A stretch of DNA of 64,000 bases from an uncultured Jutongia sp. (GTDB taxonomy: Bacteria > Bacillota > Clostridia > Lachnospirales > Lachnospiraceae), in assembly GCA_964521555.1 (NCBI GenBank), contig CAZFSU010000011.1, forward strand, positions 18,219 through 82,218. Reading direction: 5' to 3'. A program made the translations under genes and the position numbers. Of the stretch, positions 37,916-47,867 are shown piece after piece. Below the pieces are notes generated by a model that was not told the origin of the DNA, did not search any database, and worked only from the letters and a program-made list of their open reading frames with translations. Within the stretch, counting starts at the first letter, position 1; every line of letters begins with the position of its first letter.

Positions 37916-38942
37916 ATAATTTCTCAGCAATATCATAGATCAATCGCTCGGATGCTTCCCAGCCCAGGCAAGGATCGGTGATGGATTTTCCATAAGTATG
38001 TTCATGGATGCTTTGACTGCCAGGTTCAATATAGCTTTCAACCATGACGCCCTTAACCAGGTCATGGATATCCTTGGATACTTCGCGGTTATGCAATATC
38101 TCGGATACGATACGAGGCTGTTCAAAATACTTTTTATTTGAGTTTGAGTGGTTTGCATCAATGATACATGCCGGATTTTTTAAATTCGTGTCACGATATA
38201 GTTCTAACAGAATTTGTAAATCCTCATAATGATAATTTGGACGGGACTGGTTATGTTTGTTGACTGCGCCCCGCAGGATCGTGTGGGTTAATGGATTTCC
38301 GTCCGTCTTTACTTCCCATCCGCGGTACATAAAAGTATGGCTTCCCTGTGCCGCGATACAGGAATTCATCATGATATTCATGGTGCCACTGGTAGGATTC
38401 TTCATACCACATGGGATGTCAAGACCGCTGATGGTGAGACGGTGCTGTTGATCCTCTACCGAACGGGCTCCCACTGCTACATAGGAAAGAATGTCTGCCA
38501 GATATGGCCAGTTTTCAGGATAGAGCATTTCGTCTGCCGCGAATAAGTGTGTCTCTGCGATGGAACGCAGATGCATTTTACGCATGGCAACCAAACCTTC
38601 CTGTAAGTCTGGTGCTTTCTCTGGATCAGGCTGATGAACGATTCCTTTGTAGCCTTCTCCGGTAGTTCTGGGTTTGTTTGTGTAGATGCGGGGGATAATG
38701 ATAATCTTATCGGATACCTTTTCCTGTACCTTCGCAAGACGGTTAATATAGTCACAGACAGCATCTTCATTATCGGCAGAGCATGGTCCGATAATCACTA
38801 AAAATTTATCAGAGTCGCCGGTAAAGACTCCCGCGATTTCAGCATCTTTTGCTTCTTTGAGTTTCCTGTGTGCTTCCGGTAATGGATACTCCGACAATAA
38901 TTGCTCTGGAGACATTACTTCTTTTACGTATGTTACACCCAT
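37914..38942 (-). CDS. 3-deoxy-7-phosphoheptulonate (DAHP) synthase, class I (AroF/G/H type)
   Basis: 'FLVIIGPCS', 'TNKPRTT' and 'IIDANHSNS'. Start at ATG 38942 ('MGVTYVKE'). Confidence 0.9.
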   Translation of the reverse strand: MGVTYVKEVMSPEQLLSEYPLPEAHRKLKEAKDAEIAGVFTGDSDKFLVIIGPCSADNEDAVCDYINRLAKVQEKVSDKIIIIPRIYTNKPRTTGEGYKGIVHQPDPEKAPDLQEGLVAMRKMHLRSIAETHLFAADEMLYPENWPYLADILSYVAVGARSVEDQQHRLTISGLDIPCGMKNPTSGTMNIMMNSCIAAQGSHTFMYRGWEVKTDGNPLTHTILRGAVNKHNQSRPNYHYEDLQILLELYRDTNLKNPACIIDANHSNSNKKYFEQPRIVSEILHNREVSKDIHDLVKGVMVESYIEPGSQSIHEHTYGKSITDPCLGWEASERLIYDIAEKL

Positions 38943-39015
38943 GTTTTGTTCCTCTTTTCTTTCAAATTTATGATTGATTTGGCAACTTTGCAAAACCATC
39001 ACACACTAAATTTTA

Positions 39016-39044
39016 ATTCTAGCTGAGTTCCTTCGGTTCGTCAA
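39016..39044 (-). promoter_or_regulatory. Sigma-A-type promoter of the DAHP synthase gene
   Basis: On the minus strand, TTGACG (39044-39039), 17-nt spacer, TAGAAT (39021-39016). Confidence 0.6.
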
Positions 39045-39105
39045 GTGTGGGCACAAATGCAGGATAAAATCTCCAAAAATACCATGTGTTGGAACGACAG
39101 ATCAG

Positions 39106-39135
39106 TAGAAATACGCGTCAGCTTCCGTATTTCTA
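39106..39135. repeat. Perfect 10-bp inverted repeat in the divergent DAHP-synthase/PFOR control region
   Basis: TAGAAATACG, 10-nt spacer, CGTATTTCTA. Confidence 0.6.
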
Positions 39136-39271
39136 TGAAAAGAGAAGATGTAAATTTTTTGTGAATTTCGGGAAATGGTTACAAAAACCACCACACATTT
39201 CTTTACTTTTTTGACAGTAAGTGATAAAATATCTCACAGAATTCAAAATATTAAAGGAGGATTATTCAAAA

Positions 39272-42200
39272 ATGGCTAGAGCTAAACAATCCATGGATGG
39301 AAATACCGCCGCAGCACATGTGGCATATGCCTACACAGAAGTTGCGGGTATCTATCCTATCACACCGTCCAGTCCGATGGCTGATTCTGTAGATCAGTGG
39401 TCTGCGGCAGGACAGAAGAACATTTTCGGCAGCACAGTAAAGGTGGTAGAGATGGAGTCTGAGGCAGGTGCCGCTGGTACTGTACACGGTTCCCTGGCAG
39501 CAGGTGCCCTGACTACTACGTTTACAGCATCACAGGGACTTTTGTTGATGATTCCTAATATGTATAAAATTGCAGGTGAGCAGTTGCCATGTGTATTTGA
39601 TGTATCTGCTCGTACTGTATCTACACATGCATTAAATATCTTTGGTGATCACAGTGATGTATATGCATGTCGTCAGACTGGTTTCGCTATGTTGGCAGAG
39701 ACCAATCCTCAGGAAGTTATGGATTTAAGCCCGGTTGCACATTGTGCAGCATTAGAGGGTAAAGTGCCATTTATCAACTTCTTTGATGGTTTCCGTACTT
39801 CTCATGAGATTCAGAAGATTGAGAAGTGGGATTATGAAGATCTGAAGGAAATGTGCCCAATGGATGCGGTAGAGGAGTTCCGTGCTCATGCACTGAATCC
39901 AGAACATCCAGCCGCTCGTGGTTCTCACGAGAATGGCGATGTGTTCTTCCAGCACCGTGAGGCTTGTAACAAAGCTTATGATGAACTTCCGGCAGTTGTC
40001 GAGAAGTATATGAATAAGGTAAATGAGAAATTAGGTACAGACTATGGTTTGTTTAACTACTATGGTGCGCCGGATGCAGATCGTGTGATCGTTGCGATGG
40101 GTTCCATCTGTGATGTGGCAGAGGAAGTCATTGATTATCTGACTGCTGCCGGTGAGAAAGTTGGTTTGATCAAGGTTCGTTTGTATCGTCCGTGGTCTTC
40201 TGAGGCACTCTTAAAGGTAATTCCTGAGACAGCAAAGAAGATTGCTATCTTAGACCGTACCAAGGAGCCGGGCTCTCTGGGTGATCCGTTGTATTTAGAT
40301 GTTGTGACTACACTGCGTGAAGCAGGATTAAACGATATCGTAGTAACAGGTGGACGTTATGGTTTGGGATCTAAGGATACCCCTCCTTCTTCTGTATTCG
40401 CTGTATTCAAAGAGTTAGAGAAGGATGATCCAAAGCCACGTTTCACCATCGGTATTGTCGATGATGTGACCAATTTAAGTTTACCGGAGGTAAAGCCGGC
40501 ACCGATCACTTCCGCACCTGGCACCAAAGAGTGCAAGTTCTGGGGTCTCGGTGGAGATGGTACAGTAGGTGCCAATAAGAACTCTACTAAGATCATCGGT
40601 GATCATACGGATAAATATATTCAGGCATACTTCCAGTACGATTCCAAGAAAACGGGTGGTGTTACCATTTCCCACTTACGTTTTGGTGATAATCCGATCA
40701 AGAGCCCATATTATATCAATCAGGCAGACTTCGTGGCATGCCATAACCCTGCTTATGTTATCCAGGGTATGAAGATGGCACAGGATGTGAAACCAGGTGG
40801 TGTATTCATGATCAACTGTCAGTGGTCTGATGAAGAGTTAGAGCAGCATTTGAATGCAGAAACCAAGAAGTATATTGCTGAGAACGATATCCAGCTTTAC
40901 ACCATCAACGCCATTGATAAGGCGATTGAGATCGGTATGGGGAAACGTACCAATACGATCTTACAGTCAGCATTCTTCAAATTGGCAGACGTGATGCCAA
41001 TCGATGAGGCTGTGGAATATATGAAGCAGGCTGCGAAGAAATCTTACTCTAAGAAGGGTGACGCAGTGGTAGAGATGAACTATAAGGCAATCGATGCCGG
41101 TGTAGATGCGGTACACAAGGTAGAGGTTCCGGATTCCTGGAAGAATCCGGCTCCGGATGCACCGGCGAAGGAGTTAGAGGGACGTCCGGAAGTTGTGAAG
41201 TTAGTGAAGGATCTGTTGGAGCCAATCTCCAAGATGGATGGTGACAGCCTTCCGGTATCTGCCTTTGTAGAGAATCCGGATGGTCAGTTTGAGACAGGTG
41301 CTTCGGCATACGAGAAGCGTGGTACAGCGGTGACAGTTCCTGTATGGGATCCGGAAACTTGTATCCAGTGTAATAACTGTGCGTTTGTATGTTCTCATGC
41401 TACGATCCGTCCATTCCTGTTATCCGAGGATGAGGCGAAAGCAGCACCGGAGCAGATCAAGATGTCTGATACTAAGCCAAAAGCCGGTGAGTACAAGTTT
41501 ACCATGAGTGTATCTCCACTGGATTGTATGGGATGTGGTGAGTGTGTCACAGTATGTCCTAAGGCCGCTGAGGGAGCCATCAAGATGGTACCACAGGAGT
41601 CACAGGCAGAGCAGCAGCCGGTATTTGATTATTTAGTAGCAAACGTAGGTAAGAAGGACAGTGGATTTGCAGACACTACTCCTAAGGGCAGCCAGTTCAA
41701 CCAGCCATTGCTTGAGTTCTCAGGTTCCTGTGCCGGTTGTGCAGAGACATCTTATGCAAGACTGGTAACACAGTTGTTTGGTGAGCAGATGTATATCTCC
41801 AATGCGACAGGATGTTCTTCTATCTGGGGTAACCCGGCAGCTACTTCACCATATACCGTCAACAAGGATACCAAGAAGGGTCCTGCGTGGTCTAACTCCT
41901 TATTTGAGGATAATGCGGAGCATGGTTTGGGTATGTACGTTGGTCAGAAGTATCTGCGTGATCAGGCAATCGAGATCTTAGAGGAGATGGCAGCATCAGA
42001 CAAAGCTTCTGCTGAGATCAAGGATGCCATTGCCAAGTATTTAGAGACCAAAGATGATACCAAGGCAAATGTTGAGCCTACCAATGCACTGATTGCAGCA
42101 TTAGAGAAGTGTGACTGTGACAAGGCTAAGGCTGTATTGGCAAAGAAAGATTATCTGTCTAAGAAGTCCATATGGATCTTCGGTGGTGACGGATGGGCAT

Positions 42201-42826
42201 ATGATATCGGTTTCGGTGGATTAGATCATGTACTGGCATCTGGTGAGAATGTAAATGTTATGGTATTCGATACCGAAATGTATTCGAATACAGGTGGACA
42301 GGCATCCAAGGCATCCAATATCGGTGAAGTTTGTCAGTTCGCAGCAGCAGGTAAGGAAATTGGCAAGAAGTCATTGGCTGAGATCGCTATGAGCTATGGC
42401 TATGTATATGTAGCACAGATTGCTTTAGGTGCAAATCCGGCGCAGGCTGTGAAAGCCATCGCAGAGGCAGAGGCTTATCCGGGACCATCTTTGATCATCG
42501 GTTATGCGCCATGTGAGTTACACGGTATCGCCAAGGGTGGTATGAACCACTGTCAGGATGAGATGAAGAAGGCAGTTAAGGCTGGTTATTGGAATCTCTT
42601 CTCATTCAATCCACAGTTGAAAGCAGAAGGTAAGAATCCATTTACTTTCGCATCCGAGAAGCAGACAGACTTCGATGGATATCAGGACTTCCTGAACAAC
42701 GAAGCACGTTATACCCGTCTGATCAAGCCATTCCCAGAGCGTGCTGAGAAGCTGTTCAAGGAATCAGAGGAAGCAGCAAAAGCTCGTTTCGAGCATTTAC
42801 AAAAGTTAGTGGAGCTTTATAAATAA
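39272..42826 (+). CDS. nifJ: Pyruvate:ferredoxin (flavodoxin) oxidoreductase
   Basis: 1184 aa with AAGGAGG RBS. Ferredoxin clusters 'CIQCNNCAFVC' and 'CMGCGECVTVC', and TPP motif 'GGDGWAYDIG'. Confidence 0.95.
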   Translation: MARAKQSMDGNTAAAHVAYAYTEVAGIYPITPSSPMADSVDQWSAAGQKNIFGSTVKVVEMESEAGAAGTVHGSLAAGALTTTFTASQGLLLMIPNMYKIAGEQLPCVFDVSARTVSTHALNIFGDHSDVYACRQTGFAMLAETNPQEVMDLSPVAHCAALEGKVPFINFFDGFRTSHEIQKIEKWDYEDLKEMCPMDAVEEFRAHALNPEHPAARGSHENGDVFFQHREACNKAYDELPAVVEKYMNKVNEKLGTDYGLFNYYGAPDADRVIVAMGSICDVAEEVIDYLTAAGEKVGLIKVRLYRPWSSEALLKVIPETAKKIAILDRTKEPGSLGDPLYLDVVTTLREAGLNDIVVTGGRYGLGSKDTPPSSVFAVFKELEKDDPKPRFTIGIVDDVTNLSLPEVKPAPITSAPGTKECKFWGLGGDGTVGANKNSTKIIGDHTDKYIQAYFQYDSKKTGGVTISHLRFGDNPIKSPYYINQADFVACHNPAYVIQGMKMAQDVKPGGVFMINCQWSDEELEQHLNAETKKYIAENDIQLYTINAIDKAIEIGMGKRTNTILQSAFFKLADVMPIDEAVEYMKQAAKKSYSKKGDAVVEMNYKAIDAGVDAVHKVEVPDSWKNPAPDAPAKELEGRPEVVKLVKDLLEPISKMDGDSLPVSAFVENPDGQFETGASAYEKRGTAVTVPVWDPETCIQCNNCAFVCSHATIRPFLLSEDEAKAAPEQIKMSDTKPKAGEYKFTMSVSPLDCMGCGECVTVCPKAAEGAIKMVPQESQAEQQPVFDYLVANVGKKDSGFADTTPKGSQFNQPLLEFSGSCAGCAETSYARLVTQLFGEQMYISNATGCSSIWGNPAATSPYTVNKDTKKGPAWSNSLFEDNAEHGLGMYVGQKYLRDQAIEILEEMAASDKASAEIKDAIAKYLETKDDTKANVEPTNALIAALEKCDCDKAKAVLAKKDYLSKKSIWIFGGDGWAYDIGFGGLDHVLASGENVNVMVFDTEMYSNTGGQASKASNIGEVCQFAAAGKEIGKKSLAEIAMSYGYVYVAQIALGANPAQAVKAIAEAEAYPGPSLIIGYAPCELHGIAKGGMNHCQDEMKKAVKAGYWNLFSFNPQLKAEGKNPFTFASEKQTDFDGYQDFLNNEARYTRLIKPFPERAEKLFKESEEAAKARFEHLQKLVELYK

Positions 42827-42897
42827 TCATCTGCATTTTGTGATTCAGTGTTAATCAAAGGAGTGTCGTAACATAAATGGTATTCACGATCATTTAT

Positions 42898-42914
42898 GGA
42901 GCGATGCTCCTTTT
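42898..42914 (+). terminator. Possible terminator after PFOR
   Basis: GGAGC-GAT-GCTCC followed by TTTTATGTTTT. The stem is short. Confidence 0.4.
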
Positions 42915-43117
42915 ATGTTTTGTGCATCAGGTTTTGTCAGGTAATGATGGGATTTTTGGCAATAAAGTCTAAAAAAGAGGCTATTTGTAAATTAATTATG
43001 TCAGAATTGTGTCTTGTTATTCCAGAGAAGAACGAATATAATGAATATGTTGCATAATAAAATGAAAACATTTATGTGTTGTTTTCATGATTTCATGATG
43101 AGAGGAGAGACGAACTT

Positions 43118-45202
43118 ATGCAAAAAAAACTCAAAACACTTGGGCTTTTGTTATTCGTTTTTGCATTGACGACAGCAGTCGGCGCAACTTATTCCGCGGA
43201 TACTGCTTCTGCCAAGACGGTCAAAGCTAAGAAACTAAAGCTCAAGAAAAAGAAACTGTCAATCAAAGTGGGAGAAAAAAAGACTTTGAAGGTAACTGTA
43301 AAGCCTAAGAAAGCGAAACTGACCTGGAAGTCCAGCAAGAAAAAGATCGCCACCGTGTCTAAGAAAGGTGTGGTGAAAGGTAAGAAAAAGGGAACTACCA
43401 AGATTACCGTTACTTCCGGCAAGAAAAAGGCCACCTGTAAAGTGACAGTGAAGCAGACTTACAGTATTTATTCTGTACAGGTTATCAATTCTAAGGTGGT
43501 TCGTGTGACCTTAAACAAAGCGAAGAAATTAACTGCTTCTGATTTTGCACTGGCCAAGAAGTCAACTGGCAATGGCAAGAACTACAGAAAATTATCAGTA
43601 GCAACGGTGAATCAATCTAAGAATAAAGTATATGATTTAGTATTATCTAAAGACTATGATGCGGATAGTGATAGTAACTGCATTGCTGACGAGGATTATG
43701 TGCGGGTTTCTATCAACAAATTAAATGGCATCAAGGTGAAGGAAGTAATCTATTATTCATCCATCGTGTCAAGGAACGAATATATTGGTGGTGTAACCGG
43801 GGATGTGGTGAATGAGAATGTATATTTCACCTCGTCTTATAAAGGCTATTTAACAGATGTAAAGGTGACGGGACTGCCGGCTGGGTTAAAGGCAAAAGCA
43901 TACGGTAATTATGTGACGATCAAGGGGATTCCTACTGCTGTGTCAAATGGTAAGGCTGCGACTATGACAGCGAAGGATGAGCTTGGTAAGTCTCTGACAC
44001 AGAAAATTTACTTCTACATAGGAAGTGCGAACCAAATCGTGTCCTATATTCCGTTTGAGGGAAGAACGATCCTGGCAAATGATGAAAAAGGTGAGCTCTT
44101 CGATATCTATGCATATGGTGGTTCCGGATCTTATACTTATACTCTGATCAACAATAAGAATCCATTGATTAATTGTGATGGATCTGATATTTATTTCAGT
44201 GCATACCGGTATAATAATAGTGTAAAACAGTATCTGTCGGCAGGGCGATATAATGTGGCCTATTCGGTAACGGATAAAGGAAATGCGAAGATTAAATCCA
44301 ATGGTTCTCTGGCAGTGACTGCTGTAAATGGTGTGAAGATCACAGGAAAAGTAGTGGCTGGAGATAACACAGTGATCACAGGTGCTGATGTGTCTGCCAC
44401 TTTTAGGGATGAGAGCAGAGCATATTATTCTACCTCTTGCTCTGCCTACACACAGTATGAGAATGACGCAGAGAATAAGATGGTGAAGGGATATTATTAT
44501 CTGACTGTATATCCGTCAAAGGTGTATAATATTACGGCAGAGGCTAACGGTGTAGAACGTGGAGTAGTAAACTATAATCCGGGTACTGCAAACCATACGC
44601 TGAACTTTACTTTGCCGGTATATAAGGTAACATTAAATGTACCTGCCGGTCTCGATCTGACAGGGGATGGATTGTATATTAAAGGTACAGAAGGTAGTAA
44701 ATATGTATATGGAAACTCGGTGTATCTGAAAAAGGGTACTTATGTGATCAACACAACCCGAGATATTACCACGGGTACAGGATTTAATGAACGCACGGAT
44801 GAGTATAAGATTGCTGCCAAGTTTACTGTCAATGGCAATATGGCAGTGAATGTCTCTGTTGCGAAGACGGGTAATGGCTATAACAAGTATTCCATTGACG
44901 GCACTCTAACCGTTGGTACAGAATCCCAGGTATATCGCAATGAATATTATTATTTCACACCGACAGAGGATGGTCAGTATACCTTCACGACAAATAGCTA
45001 TCAGGCATTTACAATATATGATATGAATAAGGATATCATAGAGTACGCGGATGAAATTTTTGCCGGAGAATCCTATACTACTTCAGCAACCTTAAAGAAG
45101 GGGACGCAGTATGTGATCTATTGTGAGTATTCCGGGGCTGTCAAGGCAACGTTGTATTCTCAGGAGGCTCCTGCGGTAGAGGGTTCCTCTACAGAGGAAT
45201 AA
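43118..45202 (+). CDS. Secreted multi-domain protein (Big_2, He_PIG-like, CarboxypepD_reg-like, PPC-like)
   Basis: Signal peptide 'LLLFVFALTTAVGA', Lys-rich Big_2 module, 'VTGLPAGL...IKGIPT', 'VKITGKVVAGDN' and 'YYYFTPTEDGQYTF'. No LPXTG or anchor. Confidence 0.7.
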   Translation: MQKKLKTLGLLLFVFALTTAVGATYSADTASAKTVKAKKLKLKKKKLSIKVGEKKTLKVTVKPKKAKLTWKSSKKKIATVSKKGVVKGKKKGTTKITVTSGKKKATCKVTVKQTYSIYSVQVINSKVVRVTLNKAKKLTASDFALAKKSTGNGKNYRKLSVATVNQSKNKVYDLVLSKDYDADSDSNCIADEDYVRVSINKLNGIKVKEVIYYSSIVSRNEYIGGVTGDVVNENVYFTSSYKGYLTDVKVTGLPAGLKAKAYGNYVTIKGIPTAVSNGKAATMTAKDELGKSLTQKIYFYIGSANQIVSYIPFEGRTILANDEKGELFDIYAYGGSGSYTYTLINNKNPLINCDGSDIYFSAYRYNNSVKQYLSAGRYNVAYSVTDKGNAKIKSNGSLAVTAVNGVKITGKVVAGDNTVITGADVSATFRDESRAYYSTSCSAYTQYENDAENKMVKGYYYLTVYPSKVYNITAEANGVERGVVNYNPGTANHTLNFTLPVYKVTLNVPAGLDLTGDGLYIKGTEGSKYVYGNSVYLKKGTYVINTTRDITTGTGFNERTDEYKIAAKFTVNGNMAVNVSVAKTGNGYNKYSIDGTLTVGTESQVYRNEYYYFTPTEDGQYTFTTNSYQAFTIYDMNKDIIEYADEIFAGESYTTSATLKKGTQYVIYCEYSGAVKATLYSQEAPAVEGSSTEE

Positions 45203-45237
45203 TATGGATTGGCTTCTATCAGTGATGTTATGAACGA

Positions 45238-45274
45238 ACAAACAGAGTTGCGTGGTATGCGCAGCTCTGTTTGT
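45238..45274. terminator. Strong hairpin between convergent genes
   Basis: ACAAACAGAGTTGCG / CGCAGCTCTGTTTGT, 15-bp stem with one mismatch and no clear U-tract. Confidence 0.45.
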
Positions 45275-45319
45275 GTGTGTGGAAATATAATTTTCGATAA
45301 TTGGTGTGAAGAATTTCGT

Positions 45320-46525
45320 TTAGGTGAGAATGCAGGGACTGGTATGATAATCATCTGCCAGTTTGGCATGTGGGTATTTGTGCAAAAGCAGGTAGCGATA
45401 CAGATCATGGGCCCGCAGATCCGCCTGCCACTGTTCGGTTGCCGATTTTGTGGTTAATTGTGTGGCAGCCGCCGCCGTTTTGGTGAGTACCGGGATGTCC
45501 GTCTGGGTACGCAAAAGTTCGCTATGCGCCTGTCGAAAGCCCAGTAGTCTTGCATAGGAAGCTTCTGGTACGGTGGGGTGGAGATCCAGTAATAAGTGCA
45601 ATAATACCCGTTGAATCCTGGTTCTGGTATACTGCCTGGTTTTTATGAGATCTACAAATTGGGATGCAGTTCGGTAATGAGGTAATTGATTTTGCATCCG
45701 TTTCCAAAGCTCCGGTGTCATATCACAGACTGATAAGGCATCCTCGTCCAGAGTGCGGAGTTTATAATAAAGCATATCGGACAGATCATCTTCTACGATG
45801 GGAAAATGGTCTGGATGTTGTTGCAGCAATCTTAAAATTTCTTTGGGTATGCCCTGTTCCGGCAGAGTACCATGATGGGCATAGTGGGATCGGATGGCGG
45901 TGGCGGAAGAAAATGCCTGCTCTGAGGAAAGTTCGTGATAGCCTGCGCCTTGTCTGGTGATGGTAATAGGAGTCATGGGACTGTCAAGGCGATACAAAGC
46001 CTTAAAATATTCGATTGCCAAAATATTGTTGGGGTCTGTGAAAATTCCTGGAATTTGACGCAGCAGATCAGGAAATGTATCGGAGAGAATCTCTGCTCTG
46101 GCGGCAGGATAGGTGTATCCCCTGGTTAATTTATCCCGGATCATAGTCTGAATCTGCGCTTCCTGCACCACCAGGAAATGGGCAATCTGTGATAACGCCT
46201 CCGGATCACCGCATTCGCTGCCAAAACAAATGCCATCCACAAATCCTAAATTGTTTAGGAGGCTGACACCACCATAAGCAAAATTTTCTGCGCTGGCTGT
46301 AGAAAAATGCACCGGCAGTTCAAACACCATATCGGCTCCTCCGGCCAATGCCATCTCGGTGCGCAAAAATTTGTCGGTCCAGGCAGGAGTGCCACGCTGG
46401 ACGAAGTCGCCGCTCATTACGATGATGATATGTTCTGCCCCTGTTCTGGTTCGGATTTGTTCAATCTGGTATTCGTGTCCCCTGTGGAAGGGATTGTATT
46501 CTGCGATGATGCCCACTGTTTTCAT
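45320..46525 (-). CDS. tmcAL: tRNA(Met) cytidine acetate ligase (YlbM/UPF0348)
   Basis: 'GIIAEYNPFHRGHEYQ' nucleotidyltransferase motif. Start at ATG 46525 behind AGGAGG. Confidence 0.85.
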   Translation of the reverse strand: MKTVGIIAEYNPFHRGHEYQIEQIRTRTGAEHIIIVMSGDFVQRGTPAWTDKFLRTEMALAGGADMVFELPVHFSTASAENFAYGGVSLLNNLGFVDGICFGSECGDPEALSQIAHFLVVQEAQIQTMIRDKLTRGYTYPAARAEILSDTFPDLLRQIPGIFTDPNNILAIEYFKALYRLDSPMTPITITRQGAGYHELSSEQAFSSATAIRSHYAHHGTLPEQGIPKEILRLLQQHPDHFPIVEDDLSDMLYYKLRTLDEDALSVCDMTPELWKRMQNQLPHYRTASQFVDLIKTRQYTRTRIQRVLLHLLLDLHPTVPEASYARLLGFRQAHSELLRTQTDIPVLTKTAAAATQLTTKSATEQWQADLRAHDLYRYLLLHKYPHAKLADDYHTSPCILT

Positions 46526-46585
46526 GAATACCCTCCTTGTTCTATATTGCTTATTAAAAACTTGCAATTCTGTCCTTTATGATAC

Positions 46586-46614
46586 TAGACAAAGAAAAAT
46601 GAATCAAGTATACT
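46586..46614 (+). promoter_or_regulatory. Candidate promoter of ackA
   Basis: TAGACA (46586-46591), 17-nt spacer, TATACT (46609-46614). Confidence 0.35.
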
Positions 46615-46674
46615 TTTATCTAGTGGTGTAAAATCACATCGGAGGTATGATAGAACAGTTTGGAGGAAGACAAA

Positions 46675-47859
46675 ATGAAGATTTTAGTTGTAAATTGCGG
46701 TAGTTCATCTTTGAAATTTCAGTTGATTGATTCGGAGACAGAAGCAGTCAGCGCATCGGGATTGTGTGAGAGAATTGGTTTAGATGGTGCCTTTACCTAT
46801 AAAAAAAATGGGGAGAAGTATGAAAAAGAGATCGCATTGCCGGATCACGCTGTAGCGATTAAAGTGGTATTAGATACTTTGTTGGATTCAGAGATCGGTG
46901 TTTTGCAGTCATTGCAAGAAATCCATGCAGTGGGTCACCGTCTGGTGCATGGGGGAGAGAAATTTTCTTCTTCGGTGATCATTACCGAGGAAGTGCTTCA
47001 GGCGATTGAGTCTTGTAATGATTTAGCACCATTACATAACCCGGCGAATATTTTAGGTGTGCGTGCCTGTCAAAAGGTGATGCCGGGAGTTCCGAATGTG
47101 GCGGTGTTTGATACTGCATTCCATCAAACGATGCCAAAGAAAGCATATTTGTACGGATTGCCAAAGAAATATTATGAGAAGCACGGGGTACGCCGTTATG
47201 GTTTTCATGGAACCAGCCACAGTTTCGTCTCCGCCAGACTGGCAGAGCTGGCAGGACTGGACCCCCAGGATTCTAAAATGATCATTTGTCATATCGGTAG
47301 CGGTGCCAGTATATCGGCAGTGAAAAACGGAAAAAGCGTGGATACCAGTATGGGTATGACACCGTTAGAGGGGTTGGTGATGGGAACCCGTTCCGGCGAT
47401 ATTGATCCGGCGATTTTGGAATATATCTGTGAGAAAGAAAATTTGACGATAAGTGAATTAACCACTATTCTCAATAAGGAATCCGGAGTGTTGGGACTGT
47501 CCGGACTGTCCAATGATTACCGGGATCTGATGGAAGCAGTAGAGCAGGGAAATGAAGATGCGAAAAATGCGGTGGATGTGATGATTTATCGCGTGTTGAA
47601 ATATATCGGAGCTTACTTTGTAGCCCTGGGTGGTGTGGATGCGATTGCATTGACAGCAGGTGTGGGTGAAAATAATATCAAGATTCGCGAGCGGATCTTG
47701 AAGGGGTTGGAGGCCATTGGAGTAGTGCCGGATCTGGAAGCAAATACCGTTCGCGGGGAAGAATTACTACTGACTAAACCAGAGAGTAAGGTGGCGGTTT
47801 GGGTGGTTCCAACCAATGAGGAGTTGGCGATTGCAAGAGAAACCGCAGCATTACTATAA
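46675..47859 (+). CDS. ackA: Acetate kinase
   Basis: 'ILVVNCGSSSLKF', 'HRLVHGG' and 'GFHGTSH'. Confidence 0.95.
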   Translation: MKILVVNCGSSSLKFQLIDSETEAVSASGLCERIGLDGAFTYKKNGEKYEKEIALPDHAVAIKVVLDTLLDSEIGVLQSLQEIHAVGHRLVHGGEKFSSSVIITEEVLQAIESCNDLAPLHNPANILGVRACQKVMPGVPNVAVFDTAFHQTMPKKAYLYGLPKKYYEKHGVRRYGFHGTSHSFVSARLAELAGLDPQDSKMIICHIGSGASISAVKNGKSVDTSMGMTPLEGLVMGTRSGDIDPAILEYICEKENLTISELTTILNKESGVLGLSGLSNDYRDLMEAVEQGNEDAKNAVDVMIYRVLKYIGAYFVALGGVDAIALTAGVGENNIKIRERILKGLEAIGVVPDLEANTVRGEELLLTKPESKVAVWVVPTNEELAIARETAALL

Positions 47860-47867
47860 AGAAATGT

